64,000 nucleotides of DNA from a virus (taxonomy: Duplodnaviria > Heunggongvirae > Uroviricota > Caudoviricetes), in the IMG/VR virus record IMGVR_UViG_3300029156_000001, positions 1-64,000 of that record; one strand, written 5' to 3'. Of this stretch, positions 1-9,944 are shown in pieces (position 1 is the first letter of the stretch; each line of letters begins with the position of its first letter). Made by a program: the position numbers and the translations under genes. Below the pieces are notes generated by a model, which saw only the letters and a program-made list of their open reading frames with translations, ran no database searches and had not been told where the DNA came from.

Positions 1-882
1 TGCCCCTTGCATTTGTGGCACGCATAACATAGGGGCAACCCCATGAGTGCGTATTCAGGATCTCGGCAGATGTAACATCTGTCGCTATACACATCGGTAG
101 ACGTACACCATTTCTCTTCCGTCGTCTTTTTCTCTGTCGAATATGGATCGTGATACTGTGCTTCCGTCTTTTCCCTGGCACGCTCCGCTAGACCTTTTTC
201 TAGCATCCAATATGCCGGATCATCTTTTTTCATTTTAGCCATGTCAAACGCCTCGGCTCGGTCCTGGTGCAAAGCCCGTGAACCTTGTTCCGTCGTGGCA
301 AAGCTCGTCCATTTCGTTCATAGTATCAATATAGAAAACCTGTTTGCCACGATGGATGAGTCCATTAGTAAATAGATCTTCAATGACATCTTCTGCCGCA
401 TTTGTGATCGATATACACTGATGCTGTTCACACCGATCACGAATCACGATGCTCTCCACCCCGTTCGAGATAATGTCGTATGCAAATTTCATTTCTTTTT
501 TCGAACTGGCTTTTTCGGTTCTTCTACTTCTTCGGTAGGATCAGGGTCGATCCATTCTACAGTGCCTCGTCCCTCATGGCCATGAATTGTCATGAGTGTT
601 TTGATGTTGTCGTAGATAGCTACTGACCCCAGGTTTGATAGCCATGAAAAGACAATCTTACCATTAGTGAGTTCGCAACCTTCACCCACTACGCCCGTGC
701 CACTGACGCCTGAAACGTCTTCGGCACGGACGAAGTGGAAACGTCTGATACCCGGTTTGTTAGCATTCATAGTAAAGCTTTAGCAAGAGCAAATCCTCCT
801 GCGATGAGAACAGCAGAATAAAATACTACCTCTTGCCATGATGGCACGAGCTTAGTGAGATTACTACCCCAATCGCCAAGCA

Positions 883-2148
883 TTAGAAACCTGCTTTCTT
901 GAGGGCACGCATACGTGCCTGCTCCATTTTCTGTGCAATTTTAGCACCGTCCTTGAGGGCAGCAAACTCGTGGCCTCGGACCTGTCGCATAACTGCGGCA
1001 GCTTCAAGGAGACGATCACCCTGCGGATACTCAGCCCCAGCGTGTGTGGGACCTCGGCCACGGGCGTCGGCCTTCGAGGCCATGACTACCCTACGAGCAA
1101 GTAGGTCACCCTGTACGACTCCAAGTCGCATGAGTAAACGAACCTTTTTGGCGGGCTTCAAATCAATAAATCTATGTACATTCAGATGGTCCTTTGCCGT
1201 GACCGCTCCCACCTTGCGGTGGGTGTTCGGCACCCGCAAACGCTCACACATTGCATGCACCAGCGGTACACCCAAACGTTCGTGATCGTAGTGGTGTGGC
1301 AAATTGTCGTCCGGAGTGACGGCTTTACCCAAATCGTGAACTAGGGCCGCGAACATGGTTTCGTCGTCGGCCCCAAGCTCCACGGCTCGGTCGAGCACTT
1401 CTAGCGTGTGAACGTAGGCATCGCCCTCAGGATGATACTTCTCGGGCTGGATACGCCCCTGTAGTGCTGCGATTTCTGGAAAAGCAATCTCCAGGGCATT
1501 CATCTTTTCCAGGGCACAGAAGAACCGAGAGGGTTGCGGCGTACGTAGTGCCTTCTCAAGCTCTCCCCACAAACGCTCGCCCGGAAGGTCGAGAATTTCA
1601 GGCAGGGCTTCCTGAGCAGCAAGCACAAGACCAGCACTAATTTTCATTTCAAGCTGTGCCGCAAAACGAGCGGCACGCAGAACACGCAGGGGATCTTCTG
1701 CAAAATGATAACCCACGGGGGTAAGTGCCTTGTATTCAAGGTCTTCAACGCCACCGTAAGGATCGATGATGTTGCCCGTAAAAGGGTCCATTGCCATTGC
1801 GTTGATCGTAAGATCACGACGCCTGAGGTCTTCCTCAAGGGTCACGTCTTCGGTCTGACACTCGAAGCCTGTGTAGCCGGTGCCAGTCTTGCGTTCAAGG
1901 CGGGCCATAGCTACTTCGGCACCATCTACGGTCCATACTGGAAAGCTATCGCCAACCAGCTTACCGCCTTCGTCAGTCAGTAGAACTGCAATTCGGTGGG
2001 AGGTCATGCCGACCACCACGATATCCACATCCTTGGGTCTACGACCCAAGAGCATGTCTCGTACGTATCCGCCGACGATGTACGGCTGGCCGCCAGCGTC
2101 TCGGATCCGCTCACAAAGCGGTAGATACTTTTCGTGTCTCATGACCAC
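883..2148 (-). CDS. cca: CCA-adding tRNA nucleotidyltransferase with C-terminal HD domain (bifunctional Cca-like)
   Basis: N-terminal GGxVRDxLLG...DxD polymerase-beta head motif; RxxDxTINA motif; HD phosphohydrolase motif (HDLGK) in C-terminal half; 421 aa matches bacterial Cca length. Confidence 0.85.
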   Translation of the reverse strand: MVMRHEKYLPLCERIRDAGGQPYIVGGYVRDMLLGRRPKDVDIVVVGMTSHRIAVLLTDEGGKLVGDSFPVWTVDGAEVAMARLERKTGTGYTGFECQTEDVTLEEDLRRRDLTINAMAMDPFTGNIIDPYGGVEDLEYKALTPVGYHFAEDPLRVLRAARFAAQLEMKISAGLVLAAQEALPEILDLPGERLWGELEKALRTPQPSRFFCALEKMNALEIAFPEIAALQGRIQPEKYHPEGDAYVHTLEVLDRAVELGADDETMFAALVHDLGKAVTPDDNLPHHYDHERLGVPLVHAMCERLRVPNTHRKVGAVTAKDHLNVHRFIDLKPAKKVRLLMRLGVVQGDLLARRVVMASKADARGRGPTHAGAEYPQGDRLLEAAAVMRQVRGHEFAALKDGAKIAQKMEQARMRALKKAGF

Positions 2149-2521
2149 CTATTATAGCACCCAATGGTGCTAGTGTCAAGGTTTCTTTTCTTCGAATCTA
2201 CTACAATCCTTAACGTTGGCTACCACAATCGGGGGAGCTTCGATACCCGCTGGTCTCCAAAAACAGATTGTCTTGATTCGTTCGTGTTCGATGGTGTGTT
2301 CGATCAACTCACCTTCGCCCTCTGGGGGTGAAGGTGGGGCGTCCTGATATGGGGTGCCGTCGAAGATATCAAAATCATTGCTCGGAGGTTGGGGCAAACC
2401 CATTCCGCTCATGCCAGCATGATAAACTCGCTCTAATTCGCTTTCATGCACCGTCATGCCAAATCTACATTGCCAGCACTTACTACGTTTGGGATCTACT
2501 TGCGGCTCTTGTTCGTTCATA

Positions 2522-3004
2522 CTAAAAGATGGACATATCTGTCCACTCCACTTCGTCAGGATGGGGAGCGTAGCGTGCAATCTGCTTACGCAAGGTGTCC
2601 AACGGGACACTGTGCGTATTCCGTTGATGAAGCAACTCGGGATCCCAGGGGCCGGGAGAACGGATAATCTGTACCTCGTAACCATACTGGTCAGCAAGAT
2701 CCAAATACGGTTGCATTTCTTTAATGCGAGTGCTCGTGTTCGAGACAACTACGCACGGCACGTCATGAAACATAAGGTGTTCCACCTTAAGTTGACACAA
2801 ATGATGAGCCTGAGAAAGTTTACTGCTATCAAATTTGTATTTCGAACCCGATGATCTAATAAAGAATTCATCGGCTTCAAACCATGGCAACCCGTGACGA
2901 CCAGTTTCCCAAAAACTTTGAGATTCACTAGCAAGATGTCTAGCAATTGTGCTTTTGCCAGATCCGCTTATGCCACGAACAATGATTAGTTTACGTGTTT
3001 CCAT
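2522..3004 (-). CDS. P-loop kinase, polynucleotide kinase-like (candidate RNA 5'-kinase)
   Basis: Walker A GISGSGKST at the N-terminus; ~160 aa size typical of Pnk kinase domain/AAA_33; located in the tRNA-repair neighbourhood. Confidence 0.5.
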   Translation of the reverse strand: METRKLIIVRGISGSGKSTIARHLASESQSFWETGRHGLPWFEADEFFIRSSGSKYKFDSSKLSQAHHLCQLKVEHLMFHDVPCVVVSNTSTRIKEMQPYLDLADQYGYEVQIIRSPGPWDPELLHQRNTHSVPLDTLRKQIARYAPHPDEVEWTDMSIF

Positions 3005-3477
3005 TTTCTTTTATGTACAATATGTCCAACTGTTCTAGTGCAGACGTGATATTTCTGAGCTAGTAATCTGTAAGAACTACCGTTACGATGTTCGTTACGT
3101 ATTTGCTTGACTTGTTTTTCATTAAGCTTGGCGTTATGTCTATTAATGCCTCTAGTCATACAGGTTGCTGGCACACGGAATAGTCGTTGTTTTTGTGCTG
3201 CATCAATTGCATTATCTTTTTTGGTACCTAAAAACAAGTGATCTGGATTAACACATGGAGGATTGTCGCAACTATGACAAACACATAGGTCTTTAGGAAT
3301 GTCACCGTGATGTATGATCCACGAAACTATATGAGCTTTTCGCACCCGTCCTTGAAAACCAAACGTACCGTAATCATGTCTTTTAACACCGTTTCTAAAC
3401 AACCAGCAAGAGTTGGTCTTATCAACCTTGTCCCAAAAGCGGTCAAGGATTTGCTGATCGATCAGTTTTTTCTGCAT
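2986..3477 (-). CDS. HNH homing endonuclease (HNH_3 family with C-terminal HTH)
   Basis: CWxxxG...HIVSWxxxHG...CHxCDNPxCVNPDHLFLGTxxDN motif; C-terminal helix-turn-helix. Confidence 0.8.
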   Translation of the reverse strand: MQKKLIDQQILDRFWDKVDKTNSCWLFRNGVKRHDYGTFGFQGRVRKAHIVSWIIHHGDIPKDLCVCHSCDNPPCVNPDHLFLGTKKDNAIDAAQKQRLFRVPATCMTRGINRHNAKLNEKQVKQIRNEHRNGSSYRLLAQKYHVCTRTVGHIVHKRKWKHVN

Positions 3478-3714
3478 GCGAAAGACACCAATTACGAAAT
3501 GTTTTACGGGTCAAAAGCCAACAGACGCCGTTAGCTAGTCCAGTGGCGAGCAGATACAAGCAAAGTGCGATTACTATGACAAACTCTACCGTAAAATAGA
3601 AGAGAAAGCCCAAGAGTACCAGTAGCAGGATAATTTCTAACATACCACATTATATCTCAGGGCGGGCACTCTGTCAAGTGGCCCGCCCTGAAATGTTTTG
3701 TCAGGATTGAGGGA

Positions 3715-4119
3715 CTAGAAAAGCTTTTCGCCTTCGCCGCCACCCTCAGTTGCAGCAGCCACCGGCTCACCCTCAGCACCACCGTCTTCGCCACGTTGGG
3801 CATTCCCCGTGAAGAAGAAGCCGTTGACGTTTTCGAGCCGAACTTCAAGCTTGGAACGCTTTTGGCCGGTTTCCTTGTCTTCCCACTGGTTTTGCATAAG
3901 CTGACCACGAACGATCACTTGCTTACCCTTAACCAAATGCTGACCAATGACCTCGGCCTGTTTGCCGAAGCCAACACAATCTACAAACGTAGTAGTGCGG
4001 TACTCACCGAAGCCGTTGTTGACGGCGATAGAAAAGCGGGCGACGTTACTTTCGTCACCCATGACACGGGGGTTGTCAACTAGATTCCCCTGTAGAATTA
4101 CTTGGTTTAGATTACTCAT
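3715..4119 (-). CDS. ssb: single-stranded DNA-binding protein
   Basis: OB-fold SSB signature (VILxGNLxxDPxxR...G...ARFSIAVN...TxFxxCxxFGKxAE) with Gly-rich acidic tail. Confidence 0.8.
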   Translation of the reverse strand: MSNLNQVILQGNLVDNPRVMGDESNVARFSIAVNNGFGEYRTTTFVDCVGFGKQAEVIGQHLVKGKQVIVRGQLMQNQWEDKETGQKRSKLEVRLENVNGFFFTGNAQRGEDGGAEGEPVAAATEGGGEGEKLF

Positions 4120-4126
4120 AGTTTCC

Positions 4127-4507
4127 TCAGACAGTAGTTTGATTACGTTTTTTCGCCACGATTTCAGCTAGGGCACCCTCACGAGTAAGGGTTCCTGCGT
4201 CGATGCGGGCTTTTTGTTCACGAGATACACGGAACCGACACGGCACACCAATGGCCGCTTCGGTTTTTGCAGAGAAGTTATCGGGCGTTAGATCGGGATC
4301 GAAATAGACGCTATCGGGAACTGCGGGACGACGACTTTGTAGTTTTTGAAGACCACCACCCGCCAACCACTCTTGGAACGCCTGTTCACGATTAAGGGCT
4401 CCAGACGCAATACGCTCTTTCATTTCACGCGACACACGGAATCGTAGTCCAGTCTGTGCCGTGAAGTTATCAGCAGTAAGATCACTCATAGTATATTTTA
4501 CCTCCAT
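4127..4507 (-). CDS. hypothetical protein with internal tandem duplication
   Basis: two copies of a ~45 aa unit (F-R-V-S-R-E-x-K-x-R-I-x-x-G-x-L-x-R-E); sits immediately downstream of ssb. Confidence 0.4.
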   Translation of the reverse strand: MEVKYTMSDLTADNFTAQTGLRFRVSREMKERIASGALNREQAFQEWLAGGGLQKLQSRRPAVPDSVYFDPDLTPDNFSAKTEAAIGVPCRFRVSREQKARIDAGTLTREGALAEIVAKKRNQTTV

Positions 4508-4750
4508 TGATCAGGTACACTTACATTATGACACGATAGAGGCAAACTGTAAGGTAGATTCTAGGGTTTTCTTGGGACGTAAGTTGTTGTGTGCCATGAC
4601 GTTAGACCGGGGGTCATCTGGATATGTTGGGAACCCAATGGATCCTTGAACATCGGAGGAGTAGGGTTTTGGAGATCTTCCCTACTCACGACATTCGGTG
4701 TCTCATCCCCAGAATTGCTAGAAGTGTCCAATTAGGCCATAAGGGGATTT

Positions 4751-5899
4751 TTAGTGAAACTCACTTCCTCCCTTTCGGAGCAAATAAGCATCAGACACAA
4801 TTTTGAAGATCATGCGTTTGGGATTCGGGTCTTTTGACCCCTTGCCCCAAGTGCGTTCAATGTGCCAGGGTCGCACCACGACTCCTTCGCGAATATGGCT
4901 ATCTTCGAAGGTGGTGTCGCCCTGGGCTTCTTCTACCAATTGCTCGAAATCGAACACGCCTCGTGTGAGCACGGGCACCAGAGGTAGGCCATATTCCTTT
5001 TCTAGATACTCAAGCGTTGACCACGGCAAGTATTGACCGTTTAGGGAAATGTCGAATACACGATATCCCTTCTCGCTCTTGGCTCCATAGTGAAGATCCT
5101 GTACTCCCGCACCATAGATTTCACCAAAGATAAGGACGGAGTTGAGTTCGCCGTCCATGTCACGGCCCCATGCATGCACGGCCCACTCGAAGATACGTCC
5201 GAGTAGATCGTAGTGCAATTCTGCCGGTAGCCCATAGACGCCGCAGTCTCCGGGGTCACGCTGAGTACGATGCGTTCCGGTTACGAATTCGAAGTTCGTA
5301 TCACGCCAACCCCGGAAATGGATGCCGTGACAGCTATCGCGGCCTTCGTCCGTGGCATCGATGCCGATACGACGAACCCACCCAATACGGCTGTTGGTGC
5401 CATGAATCTTCTCTGTTACGACGATGGGTTCGCCGTAACAGAATTTATCTCTATGATTACGGAGATTTTGGATATCCGTGTAACGGTGGAAAAGCGGGTG
5501 TTCGTACCGCATCTGTCCCGCCGACATACCAGCAGGAGGAGCGGGCGGCTCATATTTCGTGATACCGTAATGTTCGCTCAAATCGGCACCGATTTCGGCA
5601 CCGCTTTCGTTGGGAACAAGAAATCCGAAGCTCACGACTTGTCGGAGTCGGGCAGCCCTAACGCGGCCAGAGTCCGCGTTCTTTTTGAAGGCAAGATACT
5701 GAGCTACGCCCCACTCCTCGGCCTGAGGCCGGGGAACCATACTATCAGGCTGTACGTGTACTAGAACGTCCCCAACGCTATGGGTATCCTTGCCTACGAT
5801 CACATCCCAGCCGCCGACCGTGGCCACTTCCAGCCGGTCAGCGTTCGGGTGCGGCTTGATCGCTTCGATGGCGACCGGCTGTACTACTAGTTCACTCAC
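4751..5899 (-). CDS. RNA ligase (Rnl2-like nucleotidyltransferase) fused to N-terminal tRNA-binding (CsaA/Trbp111/Myf-type) domain
   Basis: N-terminal ~110 aa with HPNADRLxV...G...VIVG...GDxV OB-fold tRNA_bind signature. Then motif I EKIHGTN (identical to T4 Rnl2), FGEIYGxGxQ motif, EGVVVRP motif IV and C-terminal K-x-K motif V. Confidence 0.75.
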   Translation of the reverse strand: MSELVVQPVAIEAIKPHPNADRLEVATVGGWDVIVGKDTHSVGDVLVHVQPDSMVPRPQAEEWGVAQYLAFKKNADSGRVRAARLRQVVSFGFLVPNESGAEIGADLSEHYGITKYEPPAPPAGMSAGQMRYEHPLFHRYTDIQNLRNHRDKFCYGEPIVVTEKIHGTNSRIGWVRRIGIDATDEGRDSCHGIHFRGWRDTNFEFVTGTHRTQRDPGDCGVYGLPAELHYDLLGRIFEWAVHAWGRDMDGELNSVLIFGEIYGAGVQDLHYGAKSEKGYRVFDISLNGQYLPWSTLEYLEKEYGLPLVPVLTRGVFDFEQLVEEAQGDTTFEDSHIREGVVVRPWHIERTWGKGSKDPNPKRMIFKIVSDAYLLRKGGSEFH

Positions 5900-6215
5900 T
5901 CTGGAAACGCTTTCTGATATCGCCGCCGATACCCCTTAATCCTTTTTCAAGATCATCTGCAAGCTGATCCTTGTCCACACGATCGAGAACGTCTCTTGCT
6001 TCCTCCCCAACAGATTGACGAACCTTGTCTACCATTTCAACGGCTTGTTCTGCCGTATCATTAGCTTTTTCAAGGTTATCATTGAGGCGTTTTACTTGAA
6101 AACACGCGAGCAGTAGCACGGCTACGGCAGCGACAATTAGAATAACTCGGGATCTTTTCATTCGCTTTCGCTCATAGTATTTTGGTGAGGGCGGCGAGAC
6201 TCGAACTCGCAACAT
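5892..6215 (-). CDS. small signal-anchored membrane protein
   Basis: N-terminal basic stretch followed by single hydrophobic helix (VILIVAAVAVLLLACF). Confidence 0.35.
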   Translation of the reverse strand: MLRVRVSPPSPKYYERKRMKRSRVILIVAAVAVLLLACFQVKRLNDNLEKANDTAEQAVEMVDKVRQSVGEEARDVLDRVDKDQLADDLEKGLRGIGGDIRKRFQSE

Positions 6216-6259
6216 CTAGCTTCTAAGGCTAGCGACTCTTCCAATTGGCCTACGCCCCC
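6183..6259 (-). tRNA. tRNA, short variable arm, apparent anticodon UAG (Leu-type) with A73 and encoded CCA
   Basis: hand fold: acceptor GGGGGCG/CGCCCTC, T-arm GCGAG-TTCGAGT-CTCGC, anticodon arm CTAGC-CTTAGAA-GCTAG; body resembles Trp-type tRNA. Confidence 0.55.
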
Positions 6260-6272
6260 GTATTTTGTGTTT

Positions 6273-6350
6273 TGGTGAGGTAGGTGGGAGTCGAACCCAC
6301 AAACTTCTAGTTTTTGAGACTAGTGACTCTGCCAATTGGCCTACTACCTC
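6273..6350 (-). tRNA. tRNA, short variable arm, apparent anticodon CAA (Leu-type) with A73 and encoded CCA
   Basis: paralog of the 6183-6259 tRNA (same D-arm TAGGCCAATTGG); anticodon arm CTAGT-CTCAAAA-ACTAG; T-arm GTGGG-TTCGACT-CCCAC. Confidence 0.55.
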
Positions 6351-6360
6351 ATTTGGGAGT

Positions 6361-6912
6361 TTACTCCCAGATGTATCTTTCTCCGTTCCAGCGACGACGC
6401 TTGGATTGTTCTTCTGGAAATCTAAAAGTGCCGATCACTCCTGGGGTCATGAGATCGGGTTGAAAGTTTTTACCGTATTGTTCTCGAAGCTCGGCGGTGT
6501 CTACGAGTTTCAGTTGTGGTTCCTGCGTCTCGACACAGGGGTTCCCATCTAGATCGAGGGCCTTTCCCCAATCTTTTAGAGTTGGCTTTGGCCATTCCAT
6601 TTTGCCTGCCGGTGCGTTATAGATACGATGGATACTGGCATCGAACTTGAGTTCGGTCACGGGGATCGGATCGTCCTTTCGAAGAACCGTATCAGGAGCA
6701 ACGATTAGCCATACGCTAACCAAACCCATGTTAATTAGTTGTTCTTGGGTGTAGGTGTCCGAGGCTTGTGGCGGCCCCAGAAGCTTGCCGTCGAGCCATT
6801 GATACACATAGGCTTCGTCTTCGCCGGGTTGACTATGCCAGCTACGAACAATCGTCATTTCGAAACGCTCGCCATCAGGGTCATAACTATTACCACAGTA
6901 TCTAACTTGCAT
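6361..6912 (-). CDS. hypothetical protein
   Basis: 183 aa ORF, tightly packed with neighbours on same strand. Confidence 0.4.
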   Translation of the reverse strand: MQVRYCGNSYDPDGERFEMTIVRSWHSQPGEDEAYVYQWLDGKLLGPPQASDTYTQEQLINMGLVSVWLIVAPDTVLRKDDPIPVTELKFDASIHRIYNAPAGKMEWPKPTLKDWGKALDLDGNPCVETQEPQLKLVDTAELREQYGKNFQPDLMTPGVIGTFRFPEEQSKRRRWNGERYIWE

Positions 6913-7441
6913 CGTTCAAAATCCTAATTGCCTTCGCGGCGTGCCGCTCAGTTAAACCGTCTTTGAAACTTGTGTGAACAAAGTTTTGTCTCTGTGAAGG
7001 TAACATGTCCGAATCATCATCAAGGATAACGAATTCACGTTCGAGACGAGGAAACTCTGCTTCGTGTTCTTTTAGCCAAAGTGCAATCTCGTCTCCACGC
7101 TCAGGACGATGTGGCTTACCCCACGTATCGTTGACCTGTCCCTGGAAGCTTTCATGTAGGGTGCCTTGTTCGGCTTGCCACACTATACTCAAATCTTTGG
7201 TTTGAGAATGGATTGTAATGTCTCGCTCAGCGAGCCATTTTGTGAGTTTTTTGCGGCCACGACCATTGAACATTCGCCACGTTGACGATAACACCACGAT
7301 TGCATTAGTTTCTTGTACGATCCGTTGAAGACGGTCGCACATATCGGGACACAATGTTGCAACGCTGTCAGCGTGTGGACCCGTCCAGGTCTTCTGACAG
7401 TTGAGAACTCCGTCCACATCTAGGAAGATGATTTTGTGCAT
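6902..7441 (-). CDS. HAD-superfamily phosphatase (polynucleotide 3'-phosphatase-like)
   Basis: N-terminal motif I FLDVDGVL (DxDGT-type), later SSTW and DDD motifs typical of HAD/PNK phosphatase domain. Confidence 0.55.
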   Translation of the reverse strand: MHKIIFLDVDGVLNCQKTWTGPHADSVATLCPDMCDRLQRIVQETNAIVVLSSTWRMFNGRGRKKLTKWLAERDITIHSQTKDLSIVWQAEQGTLHESFQGQVNDTWGKPHRPERGDEIALWLKEHEAEFPRLEREFVILDDDSDMLPSQRQNFVHTSFKDGLTERHAAKAIRILNDAS

Positions 7442-7531
7442 TACCAGAGGAGATCTTCGGTCTGTTGCTCTGTAATCTTCATGGTGTCATTATACGCCCT
7501 AACGAGCGTAAGTCAAGCTCTTTTTAGTGAA

Positions 7532-7608
7532 TGGTCCGACTAGCAGGATTCGAACCTGCACTCGATGGGCTCTCGACCCACCTCCTCTGCCAATTGGGAT
7601 ATAGTCGG
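7532..7608 (-). tRNA. tRNA, C1-G72 acceptor, apparent anticodon GAG with C33 (identity uncertain)
   Basis: perfect 7-bp acceptor CCGACTA/TAGTCGG, T-arm GCAGG-TTCGAAT-CCTGC, encoded CCA; anticodon loop TCGAGAG is atypical. Confidence 0.5.
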
Positions 7609-7691
7609 ATGGTGGGCCTCCGAGGTAATGCTCCCCGTTCTTCTGGTTAAAAGCCAGTTGCTTCACTTTAAAAGCTTGAAGCCCTTTTGTT

Positions 7692-7768
7692 TGGTACGGG
7701 CAGAAGGATTTGAACCCTCGTAAATCGGTTTAGAAGACCGATGCATTAGTCCACTATGCTATGCCCGC
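7692..7768 (-). tRNA. tRNA-Arg (anticodon UCU)
   Basis: acceptor GCGGGCA/TGCCCGT, D-stem GCAT/ATGC, anticodon arm TCGGT-CTTCTAA-ACCGA, T-arm GAGGG-TTCAAAT-CCTTC, encoded CCA. Confidence 0.7.
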
Positions 7769-7795
7769 ATTCTTCGTTCTAACGAACGAAGTGAG

Positions 7796-7871
7796 TGGTC
7801 GGTCCCCTGGGGTACGATCCCAGATCTGACAGATTAAGAGTCTGCTATGTTGCCAATTACACCAAGGACCG
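7796..7871 (-). tRNA. tRNA, apparent anticodon CUU (Lys-type), atypical T-loop
   Basis: acceptor CGGTCCT/GGGACCG, D-stem GTGT/ACAT, anticodon arm GCAGA-CTCTTAA-TCTGT, T-arm CTGGG-ATCGTAC-CCCAG (non-canonical T-loop). Confidence 0.4.
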
Positions 7872-8251
7872 TTTTCTAGAAGTAGTCGTCGTAATCGATT
7901 GGCTCTTTTCGTTTCTCGGGGTGCTCGTCATAATACTTACCTAGATCGCGAGCCCATTCCTGATAAAATGAAAGAGGTAATTGTTTCTGTTCTTTGACAG
8001 GGCGTTCTTTACTTGTTTCAATGGCAACTGCGGCCCCCAGAAACGCTGCTATAAAAGTACCAATCATCTGGAATTTTTTGCTGATCTCTTGGAGATCGCA
8101 GAGCATTGCTGATCACAAAAATGTAGTTCGTCTTCGCAGTTGCAATGATAGGCCCATCCGAAGATGCCATCCCACCAAAATGGTTGACATCCATTCGCTT
8201 CTGCTAGTTTTTTGATTTCCCTATCGATTTCTTCGGGCATTTTGATTATGG

Positions 8252-8674
8252 TCATCTGATCGCCTCTGCAAATGCATTCAGGCCCTCTTGTGTGTCGATG
8301 TGGTAGCAATTAGGCGTACCGCCTTCGGGCCACCATTCATCCGGTGCGGGACAACCACAGTGACCCGCTACGCGAACTACTGTACCGTGCGTTTCATGAA
8401 GCTTAATGGCTTGTTCCATCGTAAGCGAAACACGGGCCGGTGCTTTCCAGGTGGCCACCCAATAGTACCACGCTCGCGTGAGCGTCCAGCCGCCCTGACA
8501 CTCTTTGGTTCCGTCAGGACCGGAACCAAGATAGCCCACAATGTTGGATCGCACCTCACCTTTGCTTCGTAAGCACTCGGGCCAAGGATCTCGGATAGGA
8601 ATACCGGCTTCAATCAATTCGTTGGTGCATTCAACATCAACGATTTCAGGTTCTTCACCAGCTAAATTCTTCAT
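8252..8674 (-). CDS. hypothetical protein (Cys/Trp-rich)
   Basis: 140 aa ORF upstream of tRNA-Ile; no recognisable motif. Confidence 0.35.
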   Translation of the reverse strand: MKNLAGEEPEIVDVECTNELIEAGIPIRDPWPECLRSKGEVRSNIVGYLGSGPDGTKECQGGWTLTRAWYYWVATWKAPARVSLTMEQAIKLHETHGTVVRVAGHCGCPAPDEWWPEGGTPNCYHIDTQEGLNAFAEAIR

Positions 8675-8682
8675 GGTGTATT

Positions 8683-8760
8683 TGGTCCGAGAGGGAGGAT
8701 TTGAACCTCCGCATCACGACTTATCAGGCCGTTGCCTTGACCAGACTTGGCTACTCTCGG
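8683..8760 (-). tRNA. tRNA-Ile (anticodon GAU)
   Basis: acceptor CCGAGAG/CTCTCGG, anticodon arm ACGGC-CTGATAA-GTCGT, T-arm GGAGG-TTCAAAT-CCTCC, encoded CCA. Confidence 0.6.
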
Positions 8761-8761
8761 T

Positions 8762-9034
8762 TTATAGCAGTCCACTAATGCGTGCTGCTTGTGCGGGCGT
8801 AAAAGGCCGCATGTTTTCGTAGTTGGAATTACCCGCGAGACGCTCGACCACTTCGACGCCATCGTACAGAGTGGCAAACCACAAGATATATCCCATAGGA
8901 GCAAATTGCTCTTGAAGTTTACGAACTTCTTGACGGGCCTCGTCAATGTTATTGACTTCAATATGAATATCTGAATCGCGGCTCGTAAAGGTGCCGTTGT
9001 GGATGCCCCACGCAAGTCTTAGTGTCTTATTCAT
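8762..9034 (-). CDS. hypothetical protein
   Basis: 90 aa ORF between tRNA genes. Confidence 0.3.
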   Translation of the reverse strand: MNKTLRLAWGIHNGTFTSRDSDIHIEVNNIDEARQEVRKLQEQFAPMGYILWFATLYDGVEVVERLAGNSNYENMRPFTPAQAARISGLL

Positions 9035-9375
9035 TTTACTACCAGTCCATAGCGTGATTTAATAGTAGCAGATTCTAGAACTACAACACGATCTTCTGGT
9101 TCAATGTAGACGCACAATAGGTCGCAAGTTGTATTATCGAAAGGAATTCGTTTTGTTCCTGATCTGTTCGGACGATGAGACTTAAGGGTAACAATCCATC
9201 CTGTGTCTTCTGGAGTTTTTGTTCTAGTTGACTTAACTTGAACTCGTTGCAGTCTATCTTTGTAGACAACTAAGTCAAAAGGAGCTTTGCCAGATGTGTC
9301 CATAAAGACAAAGTATCCCTGAGCGGCGAAATGTGCCGCACTTTTAAGCTCACCAATAGTTCCTAAATCAGACAT
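9031..9375 (-). CDS. hypothetical protein
   Basis: 114 aa ORF; start overlaps stop of upstream gene (coupled). Confidence 0.35.
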   Translation of the reverse strand: MSDLGTIGELKSAAHFAAQGYFVFMDTSGKAPFDLVVYKDRLQRVQVKSTRTKTPEDTGWIVTLKSHRPNRSGTKRIPFDNTTCDLLCVYIEPEDRVVVLESATIKSRYGLVVK

Positions 9376-9382
9376 ATATTTT

Positions 9383-9469
9383 TGGCGGAAGGTAGAGAGA
9401 ATCGAACCCCGGGCCTTTTACAACCCCCCTGGTATTCAACACCAGTTTGTCACCTTGACGGTACCTTCC
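9383..9469 (-). tRNA. tRNA-Ser (anticodon UGA), type II
   Basis: 87 nt, acceptor GGAAGGT/ACCTTCC, anticodon arm CTGGT-GTTGAAT-ACCAG, long variable arm, T-arm GGGG-TTCGATT-CTCT, encoded CCA. Confidence 0.6.
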
Positions 9470-9944
9470 ATTTTTATTCGTGACTCAATCGACGCACGTT
9501 ACCTAGTGCCTGATGCATGGCACGAGTATAACCTTCCCAAAAGCGATAATCACTCAGGCGAGCACGAAAAGCGTCACAGTCCTTATCGCCAATTTCAGTG
9601 AGTTCCTTTTCAGCGGAAGCGGCACGCTCTTGGGCCGACTTGAGTTCTTCCTCAAGCTCCGCAACGATGCCCTTGTACTCGAACTTACTGAGCACGACGC
9701 TTTAGTCCCCGCTTTGACCAAGGGGCTCGTTGACTCTTACGTTGCTCACGCCGACGGGCTTTGATAAAGCTCTCTTCGTTGGCCTCTTGGGTCGGACGCG
9801 GCATATAGCCACGGAGCCAACGAAGGATGGTTTCGTTCACAAGCTCACCATTACGTCGAGCTTCCATCAGAGACGCGATGGCGTCCTTGGGCGTCACTTT
9901 GCCCTTTTTGACCCGTTCGCGTAGCGAACCTTCTTTCAACAGAC

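Noticed and set aside
6183-6350. Reading the Trp-like tRNAs on the plus strand, which would give anticodons CUA/UUG, a Gln-plus-suppressor family
   Set aside because: Only the minus-strand orientation gives a paired 7-bp acceptor stem, a GG-containing D-loop and a TTCGA T-loop. The plus-strand reading lacks acceptor pairing.
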